Of a stretch of DNA of 64,000 nucleotides, positions 37,701-52,364 are shown one piece after another. The first letter of the stretch is position 1. Each line of letters opens with the position of its first letter. The DNA is taken from NCBI GenBank assembly GCA_013239625.1, contig MU054212.1, positions 9,410,898 to 9,474,897 of the forward strand, given 5' to 3'. Position numbers and translations under genes: made by a program. The DNA is from Lama guanicoe (taxonomy: Eukaryota). A model generated the notes under the pieces. That model had not been told where the DNA came from, ran no database searches, and was given only the letters and a program-made list of their open reading frames with translations.

Positions 37701-40119
37701 AATTTTTCAGTATTCAAAATGAATGTAACTAAGAGCAAAAGAAATGGTACAGAAAGCTTCCCTCACTTTCAGACTGCACCAGCCTTTCTCTCTTCCTCCT
37801 CAAGATTTTTCTGCCGACACACTCCTTCCTCTAGTTGGGAATTGCTTTTTAAAACTTAATTCTCCAAGATGACATCTCATTCTGTATTCCTAACAAATAC
37901 AATGATAAATCAAGTAGGAGCAAATACTATTCAAATCCTATTTATGAGACCTATGTCCTGGAGTGATAATTTGATTTTTAAAAGCTATACATAACCAACA
38001 ATTTTTAAAAGACAAATTGGTGATAAATATATAATTTATTACATGAAATTTTCCATTTTCTTAATTTTAAGCATTCAGAGAGATGGAAGCACATCCCCAG
38101 TCTGGTACCTGTTCTGTGCAAGGCATGTCCCTGCCAAGGCATGACCTTACATAGCCTTTAAGAGCAAAGCTTCCTTTTTAACTTCCATACTACGGCACCT
38201 CCTTTCTCTACCTCTCTGCCCCACTGAGAACAATAGCTGATAGACTGGAATGTAAGGCTACTTAGAGTTCTCCCACGCTATTGTCTACATGTGCTTTGTT
38301 ACTCGGCAGGTTGATGGCACTCAAATAGGAAGAGACAGACTTCCGCCCCTTGTGTATAGGTGTAGCGCATCCTTAGAATTAGCTTCTTCATGCGCGGTAT
38401 CTACATGTCCTGGGCTCTGGATAATTTTTTCATCACATCTGTCATCCTAGTAGGTAACAAATTTGTGGCACAAAGATTTTCTAGCATGGCAGTTCACAGA
38501 TGTTCAGGGTGTTGGATTATTTGGCTGCATAGCACTTCGCCAGGGCCTCGTGTATATGTGCATGAGTGTGGAGGATAGAGAACACCCCTATAGAAGTTAG
38601 GGAAAGTTCCTGAAGAACATTGCCGCTACCACTGGTTAAATACAAAGAGTTGGGTAATAAATCATATAAACATTTGTGCTTTATCTGCTGCACACAAATG
38701 AATAAAATGGTGGTGGTTTTCACCCTTTACTCTAACGTACTTACACAGATCTTCGTGAAAATAACTCCCCCCCAGCCAACAATATTAGTGGGATGGGGAA
38801 TTGGAAGTTTCATTGCCTCAGGAGTCAACTTGCTTTGATAACCCCATTCCCAGATTTATTTGGAATAAGGCCAGTTTGATTTCTTTTTAGACAGTCACTG
38901 CCTATCCTGTTCCAATCTGAAACATGAGTTCTTATCACAACATGAAACAGAGGTGGCATCTTGGATAGTGAACACTGTTTCCCAGGAGATAAAGAAAAAC
39001 AGTAGTGTTGGAGATGTCAGCTGGTTTAAAAGTGTCATTTATTTTTTAGCATTTTTTTCGTAAGCCCCAGTAAAGAGAGATTAATCTGAAGCCTCCAACT
39101 GCAGATTTAATTATCATATCAAATATTGGTAGAATCCAAAGGACTGTTTCTGGCTATTATGACCTGACTGATTAAAATGTACCAGTCTTGATTCCTTCTT
39201 TCTTTCTACAAGTACGTAAGATTTTTCTATGAAAGGGTTCTACAAACATACTACTGTGTTTCATTTATACAACCGAAGTATTTGCATATAAGATATTTTG
39301 CAGTGGGAAGAGGGAGTTAAGAGCTAAAACAAAATGGATGGAAGCCAGAAGCATTTTACCAAAAACATCACACTGGCGTATAAGACTTTTATATGCTTGT
39401 AAAAGAGTGGAGGCAGCAAGATTAAGACTAGTGATAATTAGGTCAATTTATTTATTCTTGTTTTCGGAAGTCCCAAGAGTTCTCCCTGAAAGGATATAAA
39501 ATTTTTAGATGCCATAAAAGTTTTTTATTTTTAATTAACAATAGCTTCAATTGGCTTTTCTAACTGCCTAGGTATAATTTAAAAGTTGATGTTTGGATTC
39601 AGGACAATTGAATACACACAGGACAAGCACATATAAACACAAAGTTTAAAACCACAAGTGCAGTCTTTTATTTGTAGAAGTGTGTGTGTAGGAACTTCCT
39701 GGGTAGATAGGGTAACTGGGGTGTTATTTGAAGGCAAGATGGAAAAAAAATAATGACTGTGTTTCTGAGCATACATTTTGATCATAAATTGGCTGAGGAT
39801 ATGGTTGTGGTCTTGATTACCCGGTGGTGGCCTGCTGTTGGTGGATGTCTGTCTCAGAAGAATCAGCTATTACATATGAAACAGTGCTAATTTTTGATAA
39901 TCCTACAGAGAAAATTTTATACTAAACTCAACTCATTTGTTTTGCACATTGCTCCTGTGGTGAAGAGGATTGATTTCTGTGTTGCTTCTGCTATTTGGCA
40001 TCTTCTCCTTTGGTAAATAGTGTGTGCAAGCCTTAATCTTTTAACCTTGAATCTGAGCCCTTGGCTATTTGATGGAAAGAGAGTCTCTCTCTGCTGTATC
40101 ACGTGGCGTGGTGAAGGAT

Positions 40120-40415
40120 TGTATTAGTCAGGGTCAACCGGAGAAACAGAACCAGTAGGAGATATATATTGTGAGATGTTTTACAAGGAATTGGCTAAGG
40201 CAAATCTGAAGTTCGTAAGGCAGGCTGTCAGGAAGGGCAGGCTGGAAATCTCAGGTAAGGGCTGAACTGCTGTCCACAGCGGGGATTTTGTTTTTTCTTT
40301 TTCGGGGAAGCTTTGGTCCTGCTTTGAAGACTTCTCAAGAAGTTGATTCAGGCCCATCCAGATTACCTAAGAGGTTATGGATTTTAATCACATCTACAAA
40401 ATGCCTTCACAATAC
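40120..40415. mobile_element. MLT2-family (ERVL) LTR
   Basis: tgtattagtcagggtcaaccggagaaacagaaccagtaggagatata...caaggaattggct...catctacaaaatgccttcaca. Confidence 0.7.
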
Positions 40416-41139
40416 AACTGTATATCTTAGAAAAGGGGAAAACCATACTTTACAGTGGAGAAATATGGTGAACACTACCTTAATCAAATTATCAAAGCTG
40501 ATATCACCAGTGAATAGTCTTGTTGATATCATGTAACCCCTGATATGCTGTCATCAGGAGGGAACTTCACTTCTGCAGTTTTCTTCCCAAACTCTAACAA
40601 CGTCATACTCATCATGGGGGGAAAAAACAGACAAATCCAAATTGAGGAACGTTGTACAAAATACCTGACCATTTGTACTCAAAACCGATCAGGTAAAGTC
40701 ATGAAATTCTGATCACCTGTCACAGGCAAAAGGAAACTAAGGAGACATGATGAGTAAACGCTATGTAGGATATCCTGGAACAACAAAGGCGCCTCATTAG
40801 AAAGTCTGATGAGTTTCCAGCGAAAAAAAAAGAAAAAGCTACTATAAAAGGAATCTGAAAGTGTGAGATTCTGAGCAAGCACGTAGATTTTAGAAATTTC
40901 TAGCTTAAGAGGGGAAAAGCACTGTCATGTAGGTGGCAAGTAGGAAAATATGACAATATAAAAGAGGAAAAACAAACTCTGTTCTGCCATACTTATACAA
41001 TAGAAATTGTGCTTTTTAAATAAGTTAAATTGTATGTTTTAGAATTGGAAGGCAGCAATATGTTTATACTCCTTTTTTTTTAACATGAGGCAGATAGCTG
41101 GTATGTCTCACCTTGGCTTTCCCATGGGGATTTTTAAAA

Positions 41140-41597
41140 TTTATTCTTTTTTAATTGAATCATAGTTGATATACAATATTGTATAAGTTATGGGTATACA
41201 ATATAGTGATTCACAATTTTTAAAGGTTATGCTCCATTTACAGTTGTTATAAAATATTTGCTGCATTCCCTGTGTTGCACAGTATATCCCTGTAGCTTAT
41301 TTTATACATAGTAGTTTGTACCTCTTAATCCCTTACCCCTATTTTGCCTCTCTCCCCGTCCCTCTCCCCACTGGTAACCACTAATTTGTTCTCTGTATCT
41401 GTGAGTCTGTTCCTTTTTTGTTATATTCACTAGTTTGTTGTATTTTTAGATTCCACATATAAATGATATCATACAGTATTTGTCTTTCTCTGTATGACTT
41501 ACTTCATTTAGCCTAATACCCTCAAAGTCCATCCAAGTTGTTGCAAATGGCAAATTTCATTCTTTTTTATGGCTGAGTAGTATTCCATTATATGTAT
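41140..41597 (-). mobile_element. Lineage (artiodactyl-type) L1 3' end, antisense
   Basis: ttttttaattgaatcatagttgatatacaatattg...ggtaaccactaatttgttctctgtatctgtgagtctg...gattccacatata...tttatggctgagtagtattccatt. Confidence 0.85.
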
Positions 41598-44500
41598 AAA
41601 GGAACTGGTGGCCTCCGGGCTGAATCAAGCCTGCAGACAGTGTTTGGTTAGCACACTGTTTTTTAAACATTTAAAATTTGAATGCATTTATATGTTATAA
41701 CATGAGGCTAAAACAGCACCCCCAAATAGCAATGTTTTAGGAACAGGTAAAGGAAGAGGTGACTGAGACTAGCAGTGAGAGAGACTGGTGGAAATCCAAG
41801 AGAAAATGACATGGTAAAAGTCAAGGGAAGAAAGTGTTTCAAGAAGAGATTGATGACCTTTGAATCCTACTGAAAGAGCAAGTGTGGTTAAGTCACTGGA
41901 CTGAGCCCCGGAGACGGTGGGGATGGAAGATGTTGGGCTTTGGATTGAGTGAAAGGTGAGGAAATGGTAATGAAAGGGACTCAGCCATGAAGGGAAGAAG
42001 AGGCAAGGAGCATGGCTACAAGCAAATGTGCAGAGACAAAGGAGGGTTTTGTTAAGCCAGGGAAGAAACGGAGACATTCCAGTGTAGGTGGTTAGGAGGA
42101 GGTAAAGATGAAGAGTCTGAAAGTCCAGGAGAGAAGGGTTATCATTGGAATGTGATCCCAGCAGTACAGGAACTGGAATCTGAATCACAGGTAAGAGAAT
42201 TACCTTTAGTCAAGAGAAGGGAGACTTTACCCATTCTAACAGGAGGGCATGTGGGTAGAACAGTATTTTTAAATTTGTAGGTTAGTTAGCAGGTAGCTGA
42301 AGGTGCTCCCATGTGATATTGTCAGTTTTCCCTGTGAAGCAGGAGGTGAGATGATCTGCTTGAGTCTGTAGGGGAAGGGAGGAAGATACAGGGCTAACTG
42401 AGGGTGAGATTGAAGGTTTAAGAGTGGAGAGCTTGAGAGAAAAGGAGAGCCAACCCAGAAAACACAGGAAAAATGTCTGGTGGTATTGCATGGCCAGCTG
42501 GTTTTAGAAATACTTGTTTGTACTTCCTTTTGAAAGGCAGATCTCAGGACACTGGGTACTGACGTATGTCAGTGTGGGAGTGGATCGTTACAAGACAATG
42601 TAGTGCGGTGATGTAACAGCTCAAGCTCTGCAGGGAGGCCTGGGATCCAGTCTCAGCTCTGCCACTTAAAAGTTGTGTGAACATGGGTAAATTATCTAAT
42701 CTTGCTAAGCTTCTGTTTCCCCAATGTTTCTTAAGAAAACTTCATAGGATGGTAGTCAGATTTAAGAGAAAAAGCACTCTGACTTATTGTAGTTATACTG
42801 CAGAGCAGTTGGGTAAAATCAAAGAGAGAAGATCACTGGAAATCTTATTCTACTCTAAGAAGTCTTGACTGCCTGTTGTTAGCATTTCATATCCTAAAAG
42901 GAGATGCAGGCAACCAGCAGAGTTGACATATTCAGCCTGCTTTTGACAAATGAAAAATTGATCATAATTAGATGTGTAACCAAAACTTAAGAAAGGCAGA
43001 GAAAAAAGAAGCATAATCTTCTGATCTGAGATTCAAAAGAATGAGTCAAAAGAGCTGGGAAACTATCAAAAGTGTAATTCTGACCATGCAAACATAAATT
43101 AGTTGAGGAACGAAGAGACGATTCTTTAGATTATGGCCGTAAAAATAAAAAGATATGTCTAAGGGTAGGTTTAAAAAGGATTTCAAAGATCAGTAAGAAC
43201 ACTGTCAAATGTACTAAAGACCAAAATAGGTTTAGGGTTTTAAAACATGTCACGGATGACTGAAATAGTTGATTTGATTTTGTTTAAAGGATTAAGGGCC
43301 GACCAAGGATAGGCTTATTATTTAGGGCCTATGATGTGTTAACATGTGGCAGAGAGAATGAAACATTATCCAATTATTTTTCTTCTCAAGATGAATGATC
43401 TTTGATCTAGAAAGAGTAGAACCGTTGGTACATGAAAACTGAAGCAAAAGATAGAGAAGTTTATTTTATATATATACACACACACACACACGTATATGTG
43501 TACATGTACATATATACATACATACTTGAATAGGGATATATAAATTCAACTTCTCCAGCTCAGTTTATATACATTTCAGGGCAGTAAAAATTCCTATAGA
43601 TAAGGCCGCTGAACATGGGGCTCTGTGGAAAACCATGGAGGTGCCAGGAGGCTAACAATGGGTACACTTCATACAATATTTTTTTAAAGCAACAGATTCT
43701 GCATATTATATGCCAGTGAACTGGACATTAATTCTGGACATGACTCTTAATTCTAAGATGATTTATGATCTAAGAAATCAGATCAAATACATGGTTACCA
43801 CTCTCTCCTACAGAATACCGCTAAGGTGACGAAGAAAAGGTGCTTGGAAAACACAGACCTACACCTTTCTTCTTACCCATCTCGAACAGATTTGCGCCCT
43901 GCTGCTCAGATCAAAAACTGCATAAACCACTTGGACTTATTTCAACTCCTCCCTCACCCTCCGTGTCTAGTTCATTAGTAAGTCCTGTTAACCCTACTTC
44001 CAAAAGGATTCACTTTCTGCCATCTCTCCTCCATTCCCAATTTCTACTCTAGTCCATTTCCACCACCACCATTTCCACTCAGATCATGGCAGTTGCCTGC
44101 TCACTGATATTCCTGTTTCTACTTGTAACTCCTTCAGCCTTTCAGTCTTAAAATGTATGTCAGCATTGCATCAATCCTCTGCTTAAAACTCTCTAATGGC
44201 TTCCAATCAAACTTGAAATATGAATCCAGACTCTCCAAGGCCCTACAGTGGTGAAGGCCCTCCGTGATGTGGTCCTTGCCCACCTCTCTGACTTCACTGT
44301 GGATGGCTGTCACTCTGCTCAGGACACTCCAGCCACCGTGGCTTTTCAGTTCCTCAAATAAGGAATAGCTAAGCTGATTTTCACTCCCGTCCCTTTGTAC
44401 TTGCAGTTTTTTTCTGCCTGAAATGGTTTATCCCTAGCTTCTTACATGATTGGCTTCTTACTCATCAAGCAAAAAGCAGTCAGTTGTCACTTCTCATTCT

Positions 44501-46619
44501 TCATATTGGCAAAAATTAAAGAGTGCTAACACCCATGCATGTAGGGCTGCAGGGAAAATGACAAAATGCGTATCTGGTGAAAATGTAGATGATTTTGTAG
44601 AGCAAGCTGACTCTACAGTTAAAATTGAAAATATAGAACTGAATGAAGGTGAAAGTACACCATATAAAAACGTGTGGGATGCAGCTAAAACAGTATTTAG
44701 TGGGAATCTTATAGATAGATGCTATTTGGTCCTTTCGTGGAGCTATGGAAACTGAAATCCACGTTACAGAAGAAATAATAGAAGAAACCAAGGACATTTA
44801 ATCCTCAACCTATAAAGTCACAATTTCTGTGGATGGCGCCCAGGAATCTGTATTTTGAGAAAGCACCCAGGAAATTCTGATGTCTAATTTGGGAACCAAC
44901 TAGACAAAATCCTTTCTATGGGCAAGTTGTACTTCTTGTGTGAATTACTTTATAATTCTTACATGTCCTGCTATAATGCAACTAATGTTCAGTAAACATT
45001 TTATTACAACTCTATTGTCATTGTCCTCAGCAAATAATTCTTAGGGGTTTTTATGGCTACTGGAGATTCAGTCATCTCAACATTGCCTTTGCTCTCCAGA
45101 GCAGGTTTGTGCCAAAGGTGGCTGAGGAGAGTCACCTGAAGTCAGCCCTTTGAACCATGGTTCCTCATGCCTTGATTTGGTGCTTGCAGAGGCTTTGAGC
45201 AATGTAAAAGGAGCTTGCATCTCTAAATGAATGAACTTGATAGACATAATAAGCTGTCATGATTTGTTTTTCATGGCCAAGTGGTTATTATATATTCATA
45301 CTTAGCAACTCTCTGCTCCTACCTCTCACATCTCTCTAACAAGCAATTCAGCGTGACACCTAGCAGTGAGGTTTTTGATGGAACATGCGGCACAGAAGCC
45401 ATTTTGCAAAACCATGCAAGTCAACACAGACCGATTTTAAATGTTAGCAGAATTTTAAAACTGTGGTTCATTTGGTAACTATACAGTAAAGCCGAGAGCA
45501 ACAAACGCTATATGAGAAAAACATGCAAAGGACTGTCTTTGTGTAAATTATATGTAACTATTAACATTAAGGTACAGGATTGATTTCCTTTAAAGCAGTC
45601 ACACTGGGGTAATTAAAGGCTTTCATTTTATCCTTATACTCTGCGGCTTTTCATACTGTTGGAGGGTTCTGGGTCAAATGGGTGCCAGGGCATGGCCCAT
45701 AGAAACCATAATAAAACTGCAATTTTATAGCTCAGAGCTGGCTGCTCTAATTATGGGTCCTTTTAAGTGTTTTCTTTAAATCCCTCTAAGATGCTATTTT
45801 TTTCTTTTCGCTCAGCTTTCTATTTATTACATTCTCATTTACTTCAGTGGGTGATGGTTCTATGAATAGGACCTACTGGCCAAAAAAAAAAAAAAAAGAG
45901 GATTTCAAAATTGCTATTCATTTACCCAAAGCTTCCTGCTATCAATGGCTGTGAGCCAGTTCTAAGACCCCTGTGGTGGAGAATGGTGTGTATATACTTA
46001 TGGTCGTATTGAGTGTATGAAAACATTAAAGGTCGTGCAGCATGCTGATGTGCCCAGGATTTTTATAGAAAGTTCATTGATCCTAAGTCTCACATTATGA
46101 GTTTGGTTGTCCCTCCATATAATAATCAAAGCACTAGAGGGAAATTCTTTGTTCTGTTTGATCCAAGGAGACGTGAAAGCCTGTTGATGGCCTGTTGCTA
46201 ATTGATAGTACTCAGCAGTGAGACCCCAAACACACGTGATTCTGTAAATGCCAGAAAATGGGTGATTTTTGTGATGATTGTTGATCAGGCAAGGTTAATG
46301 TGAGTTTTTTTAAATGGGCAGAAGGGAAGGGCAAATTGGAATTGGAACTCCTGAGGAATTCTCAAGGTGTTTATTTGAAAGTGAGTTTACTTATCTTCAG
46401 CGAACGGAGAATAAGCATTCCTTTTAATGTAAACGATACAGCATGATCTCGGAAACTGTAGATGGTATTTTTGAGGTTTGTCATGAAGCTTTTGTTGAGA
46501 ATGCAGGAGCGGGGCTCCTTTTTATACGTACCATTACCTGTTGTAAGAGTCAGAAGACTCCCTGCTTTACCCTCTGGCTGAAATTTAGGCGCTTCCTTTA
46601 GTTACTTGAACCTTTGTAG

Positions 46620-47100
46620 CAACTTTATTTACAATAGCCAACACCTGGAAACCACACAACGGTCCTTCAGTGGGTGAATGGATGAGTAAACTGTGGAAAG
46701 TCCACACAAAAGGATACTACTCAGAGATAAAAAGGAATGAAATACTGATATACACAACAGCTTAGATGAATCTCAGAGACTTTGTGCTGAATGAAGGAGG
46801 CCAATTGCAAAAAAAAAAAAAAAGGAAAAAATAAAACTGATTCCAGTTTGATTTTATTTACCTGGCATCCTGGAAAAGACAAAACTATAGGAGATGGAGA
46901 GCTTATCAGTGGTTGCCAGAGTTAGGTTAGGGTTGGAAAGAAGGTGTAGGAATAGCAGAGGGAGTTTTTTAGGCTGATGCAATGATTTTGTATCTGCCTT
47001 GTGGTGATGGTTTAAAAAATTGACGCATGTGTTAAGACTCATGGAACTATGTATCTTACCCCACAAAGTCAATTGTACTATTTACTAACTTTTTAAATTA
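46620..47100 (+). mobile_element. L1MB-type 3' end
   Basis: ctttatttacaatagccaacacctggaaa...ataaaaaggaatgaaatactgatatacacaacagc...tcagtggttgccagag. Confidence 0.75.
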
Positions 47101-47231
47101 AAAGCTTCTGCATGAAAATTTTTTCCTGCCATTGATTCTCTGGAATCTTCCATATTGATGCCACCTTCCATTTCCTGAGGATGTTGGTAATTATTTCCAT
47201 GGACTCGTCATTTATCATGCTACATAGAACA

Positions 47232-47686
47232 GCAGTTCTCAAATACTCTGACCTCAGGACTCCTTTACACTCGTAAATTTTATGGAGTTGCCCAAAGAGC
47301 TTTTATGTACATGATATTTATTTAATGTGGGTTATATCTATTACTGTATTAGAAGTAAAAGCAGAGAAATTGAATGTTGATTCACTTAAAAGTAATAGTA
47401 AACCCATTGCATATTATGTACATAATACACTTTTGTGAAAATTATATTTTCCAAAACAAACAAACAAATTGAGCGAACAGAGGATCAGTGCTTTACATTT
47501 TTGTGAGTCTCTTTAATGTTTGGCTGTTTTCTCACATCTGATTATGCATTCAGTATGTCGTGATGTCACATGTCATGTACCCTCACTGTACCCTCATGGG
47601 AGAATGAAACTGAAAGAGACAAACAGCATCTTAGTATTTTTGAAAATTTTTTTTTTCATTCTCAGGCTGTGCTTTGAGAACCACTG
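47232..47686. mobile_element. hAT-Charlie family DNA element
   Basis: gcagttctcaaa...ctcaggactcctttacactc...ccaaagagcttttatg...ctttgagaaccactg, with inverted termini. Confidence 0.7.
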
Positions 47687-49679
47687 CTTTAGAAAGAGCA
47701 GCAACATGGGCTGGTTCTCCCCCCTGCATCCTCGGTAGCACTCTGGCTGTGTGTTGAATCACCATTCGACCTTTGTTTTCTTTAGGAGTATATTCAACCG
47801 CAGTCCTTAATTGACCACCATAAGATTTTTTGACATTTCCAGTAAATGTATAGGTCTTTGGTGCCATGGACTGAATTAGTCTTCATTCTAAAATTTTGTA
47901 TTATATTCACAGTTCATATGCGAGATGTTTTTTGGCATACTATAAACATGTCCTCATAATGCTCTTCTCATTTTATACCAGATTTTTTTAAGCTTCGTAA
48001 GTGCATGCTCTGATGAAATTAAAATATGGAGTCTAGATCTAGGAATGACTAAATGGTCTGTAATGCAAGGAAGAGGTGGCAGCTAACTAACTCACAGTTC
48101 TGTTGTTTTCATTCCACAAATGCCTTCCAACTTATAATCATTCCCTCAGTAGGTATATGTTGGGCCTCTCCTCTGTGCACACCCACCAAGAAGGCATTCC
48201 TGGGGATGCAGAGAAGAGTAAGTTGGGCCTGCTGTCTGCCCTTAGGAAACTGTGTAGTGGACAGTCTTCATGTTCTTGTTCATACCTGTGTTTCTCAGTT
48301 TGTATTGAACTGACCTTTTCATTTCCCAGCTGTCAGTCTTCTTTTATGTGCTTTAAAAAAAGTTAAAAAGTACGTGTTCTGCATATGATTAATTAGCTTA
48401 AAGGACTAATTTCCTTTATTGAAAACCATAGAGAAATTCTGAAGGCATTTCTAGGATCAGAGCAAGAGAACTCTAAATTAGTGCTTTGGTGATGCATACA
48501 GCAGTGTTTTATTTAGCACAGCTTCATCATCATTCTCTCTTTCTTAGCTCTCCCTCCTTCTTCTGGGAAGAATTAAAGACGTTATAATTAATGAAATCCC
48601 AGCTACATTCCCTTTGATGAGGGAACAAATTAAGATCTAGTGACATCTTCAAGTACAAAGTGTGGCACCTTCACTAAAAATGAGGTCTGCCCTGACTTCT
48701 AATTATATGGTAAGGGTCACATCTCTGTGTGAAGCACTGACCTCTCTCCAGAGTTCATATCTTAAAGCACCCATTAGGCATTACTGCTTCGTGGTCCCGT
48801 AGCATATTTCAAATCTGTGTCTACCGCATCAGTGCCTTGTTCACATTCCCTTTCTATTTTCTCAAGAGTTTCACGGCACTGTTACTTCTCACGCATCTTT
48901 GGGCTCTTTTTCTATATGCTGAAAGATCCTTCTTAAAAATATAATAAAGAACCCTCATCCTTGTCTTGCCATTGATCCACTGCCCTGTGTTTCTTTTCTT
49001 CTTTCCGAATCTCTTGATCTGCATCGTCTCAGCTTCCACGTCCTCATCTTCTACTTACTCCCCTTCGACTGTATCATTCAACTAAAACCGTGCTCTCCAT
49101 GGTCACAAGTATCCTTCTGATTCCCAAATCCTGTTACTTCTTTTCAGTCCTCATCTTACTTACTTCTCAACAGCTAGTTAGCACAGCTACTCGTTCTGCT
49201 ACCTCTCTCCTGCCCTGTTTCCTTTTCTTTCTCTGTGTATCTCCCTGCTGGAGGCGCTCCCTGTTAACTTCTGCTTCCCTTCCCCCCCCCCCATGGTACT
49301 TTGCTGCTTCCTCTGCATCTGCCTGCTGTTTAAACAGTGACAGTTCCATCCCCCTCCCTCTTCTCAATAGATTTCTCTCCGTGGGGAATTCATTCCCATG
49401 ACTTTAGATCATGTCTCTATGCTGATAAACTCTAAAGTCTTTATCTCATGTCTCAGCTTTTCCCTCCTGAGGTCCAAACCTGTCCTTGGGACTGTGTGGT
49501 AATGTTCTCTATCCCAAATGACTTGATTCCTCAAATTCAGGGTTTTCAGATCCAATCTAGCTATCTCTCCCCCTGCCCCTACCTACTCTTTCTCTGTAAT
49601 TCTCAGCAATTATACCATCCATTTATTTAGTTAGTCTGTAGTAACTTACTGAGCAACTACTATGTCCTAGATGTTGCTC

Positions 49680-49960
49680 TAAGTCTTTTAAATGTTGCCT
49701 CATTTAATAGTAATAGAAATAGTGATAACAGAAGCTAACATGTAGGTAGTGTTTATGTGCTAGGCACTCTTGTGTGTATCTTACGTATGTTAATTCATTT
49801 AATTCTCACAACACTCCTATAGGTTACATACTGTTATTAACCTCATCTTATAAGTGAGGAAATGAGGCTCAGTAACTTTCAGTAACTTGCTTAAGAAGTC
49901 ACATCTATCAAAGCTTGTAAGTGTCTATGGAGTACGCAGTTCTGTCTGACACCAAAACTA
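49680..49960 (-). mobile_element. MIR SINE
   Basis: tatgtgctaggcactc...tcatttaattctcacaacactcctataggt...ctgttattaacctcatcttataagtgaggaaatgaggctcag (MIR core). Confidence 0.75.
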
Positions 49961-52364
49961 CTGCACTACACTATTAGATTGCCCTAACTACCCCTCAGGG
50001 CCAGACTCCTCTCTTTCCTATGCCATGTACATCTAAATCAGATGTTTTCTGCTTATAAATGATCTATTGTCTTCCAGAGACCGTTATTCTACCCAGTATA
50101 CCTACAGGATTTTGCATCCTTTCGTAAATAAATTTTTTACTATGATGGGCCGCATCTTTTGGAGCAAGGGACCATGCCGGTGCCTTTTGCATAGTACATG
50201 CTAGTAAATTGTCATTTCTTTTCACTGACTTTTTACTTCATCCCCTTCACAACTCCCCACGCCCTTATTGCAAGCTTCTGGTTACATCTTTCAGCTCCCG
50301 CTAGCGCTTTGTTTATACTGCCTTCATAACACCTGACACATTATGTATTCATTGTAGAGCTAGCTCTCTTCTTGTTTACTGCAAATATTCAAAGGTGTAG
50401 TCACTTACTCCTTTGTGTGCTCCCAAAAACAAGCACAGAACTGACACACAGTAGGCCCTCAGATAACATTTATTAGATATATGGAAATAAAATGTGTATT
50501 GATGATTTTGGAATGGAAAATATGAAAATCTGACAGTATACGGAATATCTCATTTTTGAAAATTGATTAAACTCTTGGTCTCAGAATACTTTGTTCATTG
50601 ACATGTCCATCTCCAGAGAATGTGAAGATTTAGTTGGGACATTTAGGAAAATTATTTTTAAGAGTTCTAAGCAGTAGGGTTATGTGACATCTGGCTTCAT
50701 ATTCATTGGTAGCCAAGTAAGCGCAGAAATGGTAACCAGAAACTCACAGTGCAGGAAGTAGCAGGTGGAATTTAAATACTAGATTATTGGACCTCCTTTT
50801 GCTACTTAAATCACTTAGCACACTTAGTGGATCCACAATATTCCATTTATAGACCAAGCAGACCACTTTTGCTAGATTGATTCATTGAGATGAACAGCTA
50901 AAAGAAGTTAAATCCATCATCACATCTCTGCATAATTTTAAAATGAATTTAGTTGGTGTTAAATGGACATTTGTTTTTATTGTCTCAGAGATGGGACTTT
51001 TCCTCCAGTAGAGCAGAATAATGTATCTATATGGTGTTCTAGCTTGAGCAGTACATAAAGATTAGTAAATAAGGCCCCATTAAAAATACTTACATTGTAA
51101 GTAACATGAGTCCCAGTAGCGTTTCTAAGGTCCATTAATGCTTATTCTGAGGATCAGAGCTCATTTCACTGAGCCATTTAGTCAAACCGTGTGATTATTT
51201 AGAAAGTTAATTCATGCATACTAAAATCTAGCTTAAGTAATTCAGAGGGTAGGAGGTAAAACTCTATGGAGACGATAGTCCTTTTTGTTATTTAATGATC
51301 AACCATAATTAACTTGCAAATTTGAAATAATTAGAACAAATTAAAGGTATTTAACTTTGCCTCCCTAAAGAAAAATTCAAATTGCACCAAATGCAGCTTT
51401 AAATTATTCAAATCTCAGAGGTCTGGGCTAGATTTTTTTTTTTATAATGCCTTTTCTATGATGAGAATACCAATCTGCTCTTTGTCAGAAGGCATCCTAT
51501 CAAGTAATTGTTCTTTGTGTTTAATAAATGACAGCTATTCTTCTTTGTAAAAGTATTTCAGTCTCCCAAGACTGCATCAGCATTTCCGTGGCATTTTAAT
51601 TCAATAAAACAAAAGGTTAATGTTTTTCTACTTTTTAAGGAATGCAAATACAAGTGGTATTCAGTTGGTCCTAAATGACATTTAAATTTTACCATTCAAG
51701 CTCAGATAGACTATCGCGACATGAGATTTGGGCAAAATAGAGAAGTTCAAGTTTTGGATGATTAGAATTTTATTGAACTTGAAGAACTGGAAATGTTTTT
51801 TTTTTTCCTTCCCCCTTCCTAAATCAGGGCTACTCAAAGTTTCCCATTTCATGTTTCATAATATTAAAATTTGGAGATAGAGTTCAATAAAATCTCAGTA
51901 ACTTAAGAATGACTTACACGGTGTGGCAATCCTAAATGCCACGAGTTTAACCTCTTCTGCTGTCTGTCATGATTTTGATCATTTTACTATCACTTTAACA
52001 ACTCCAAGAGATCCTAATAAGAATAGCAGCAAATTATTTCTAACAATGTCATCATATCTATGAATGATGTCCTGTATAGTGATAGCCCCTCAGTGAATTT
52101 TGTACACATTTTATCTGGACTGTATGAAATGATAAGAAGCACTGACCATCTGACAGTTAGGTTCTGACTTTATGGTGCCCCATACAGAGAATGAATGATA
52201 TAAAATATGGGGACAAGTGAATGCTTAGTACCTAGTTCTATGTAGTTTTGGAAATAAAATAATTATTAATTTTGATATTATCTCCATATATCTAAAAGTT
52301 GCTTTGGTAGCTTTTTTCTACTGGTTTAATATTATTATTTTTATTTATTTATTTTGCAATATCA

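Noticed and set aside
44450..44755. 101-aa ORF containing YKNVWDAAKTVF
   Set aside because: Chance fusion of L2 and L1 fragments. The motif is L1 ORF2 (NLWDAAKAV-like).
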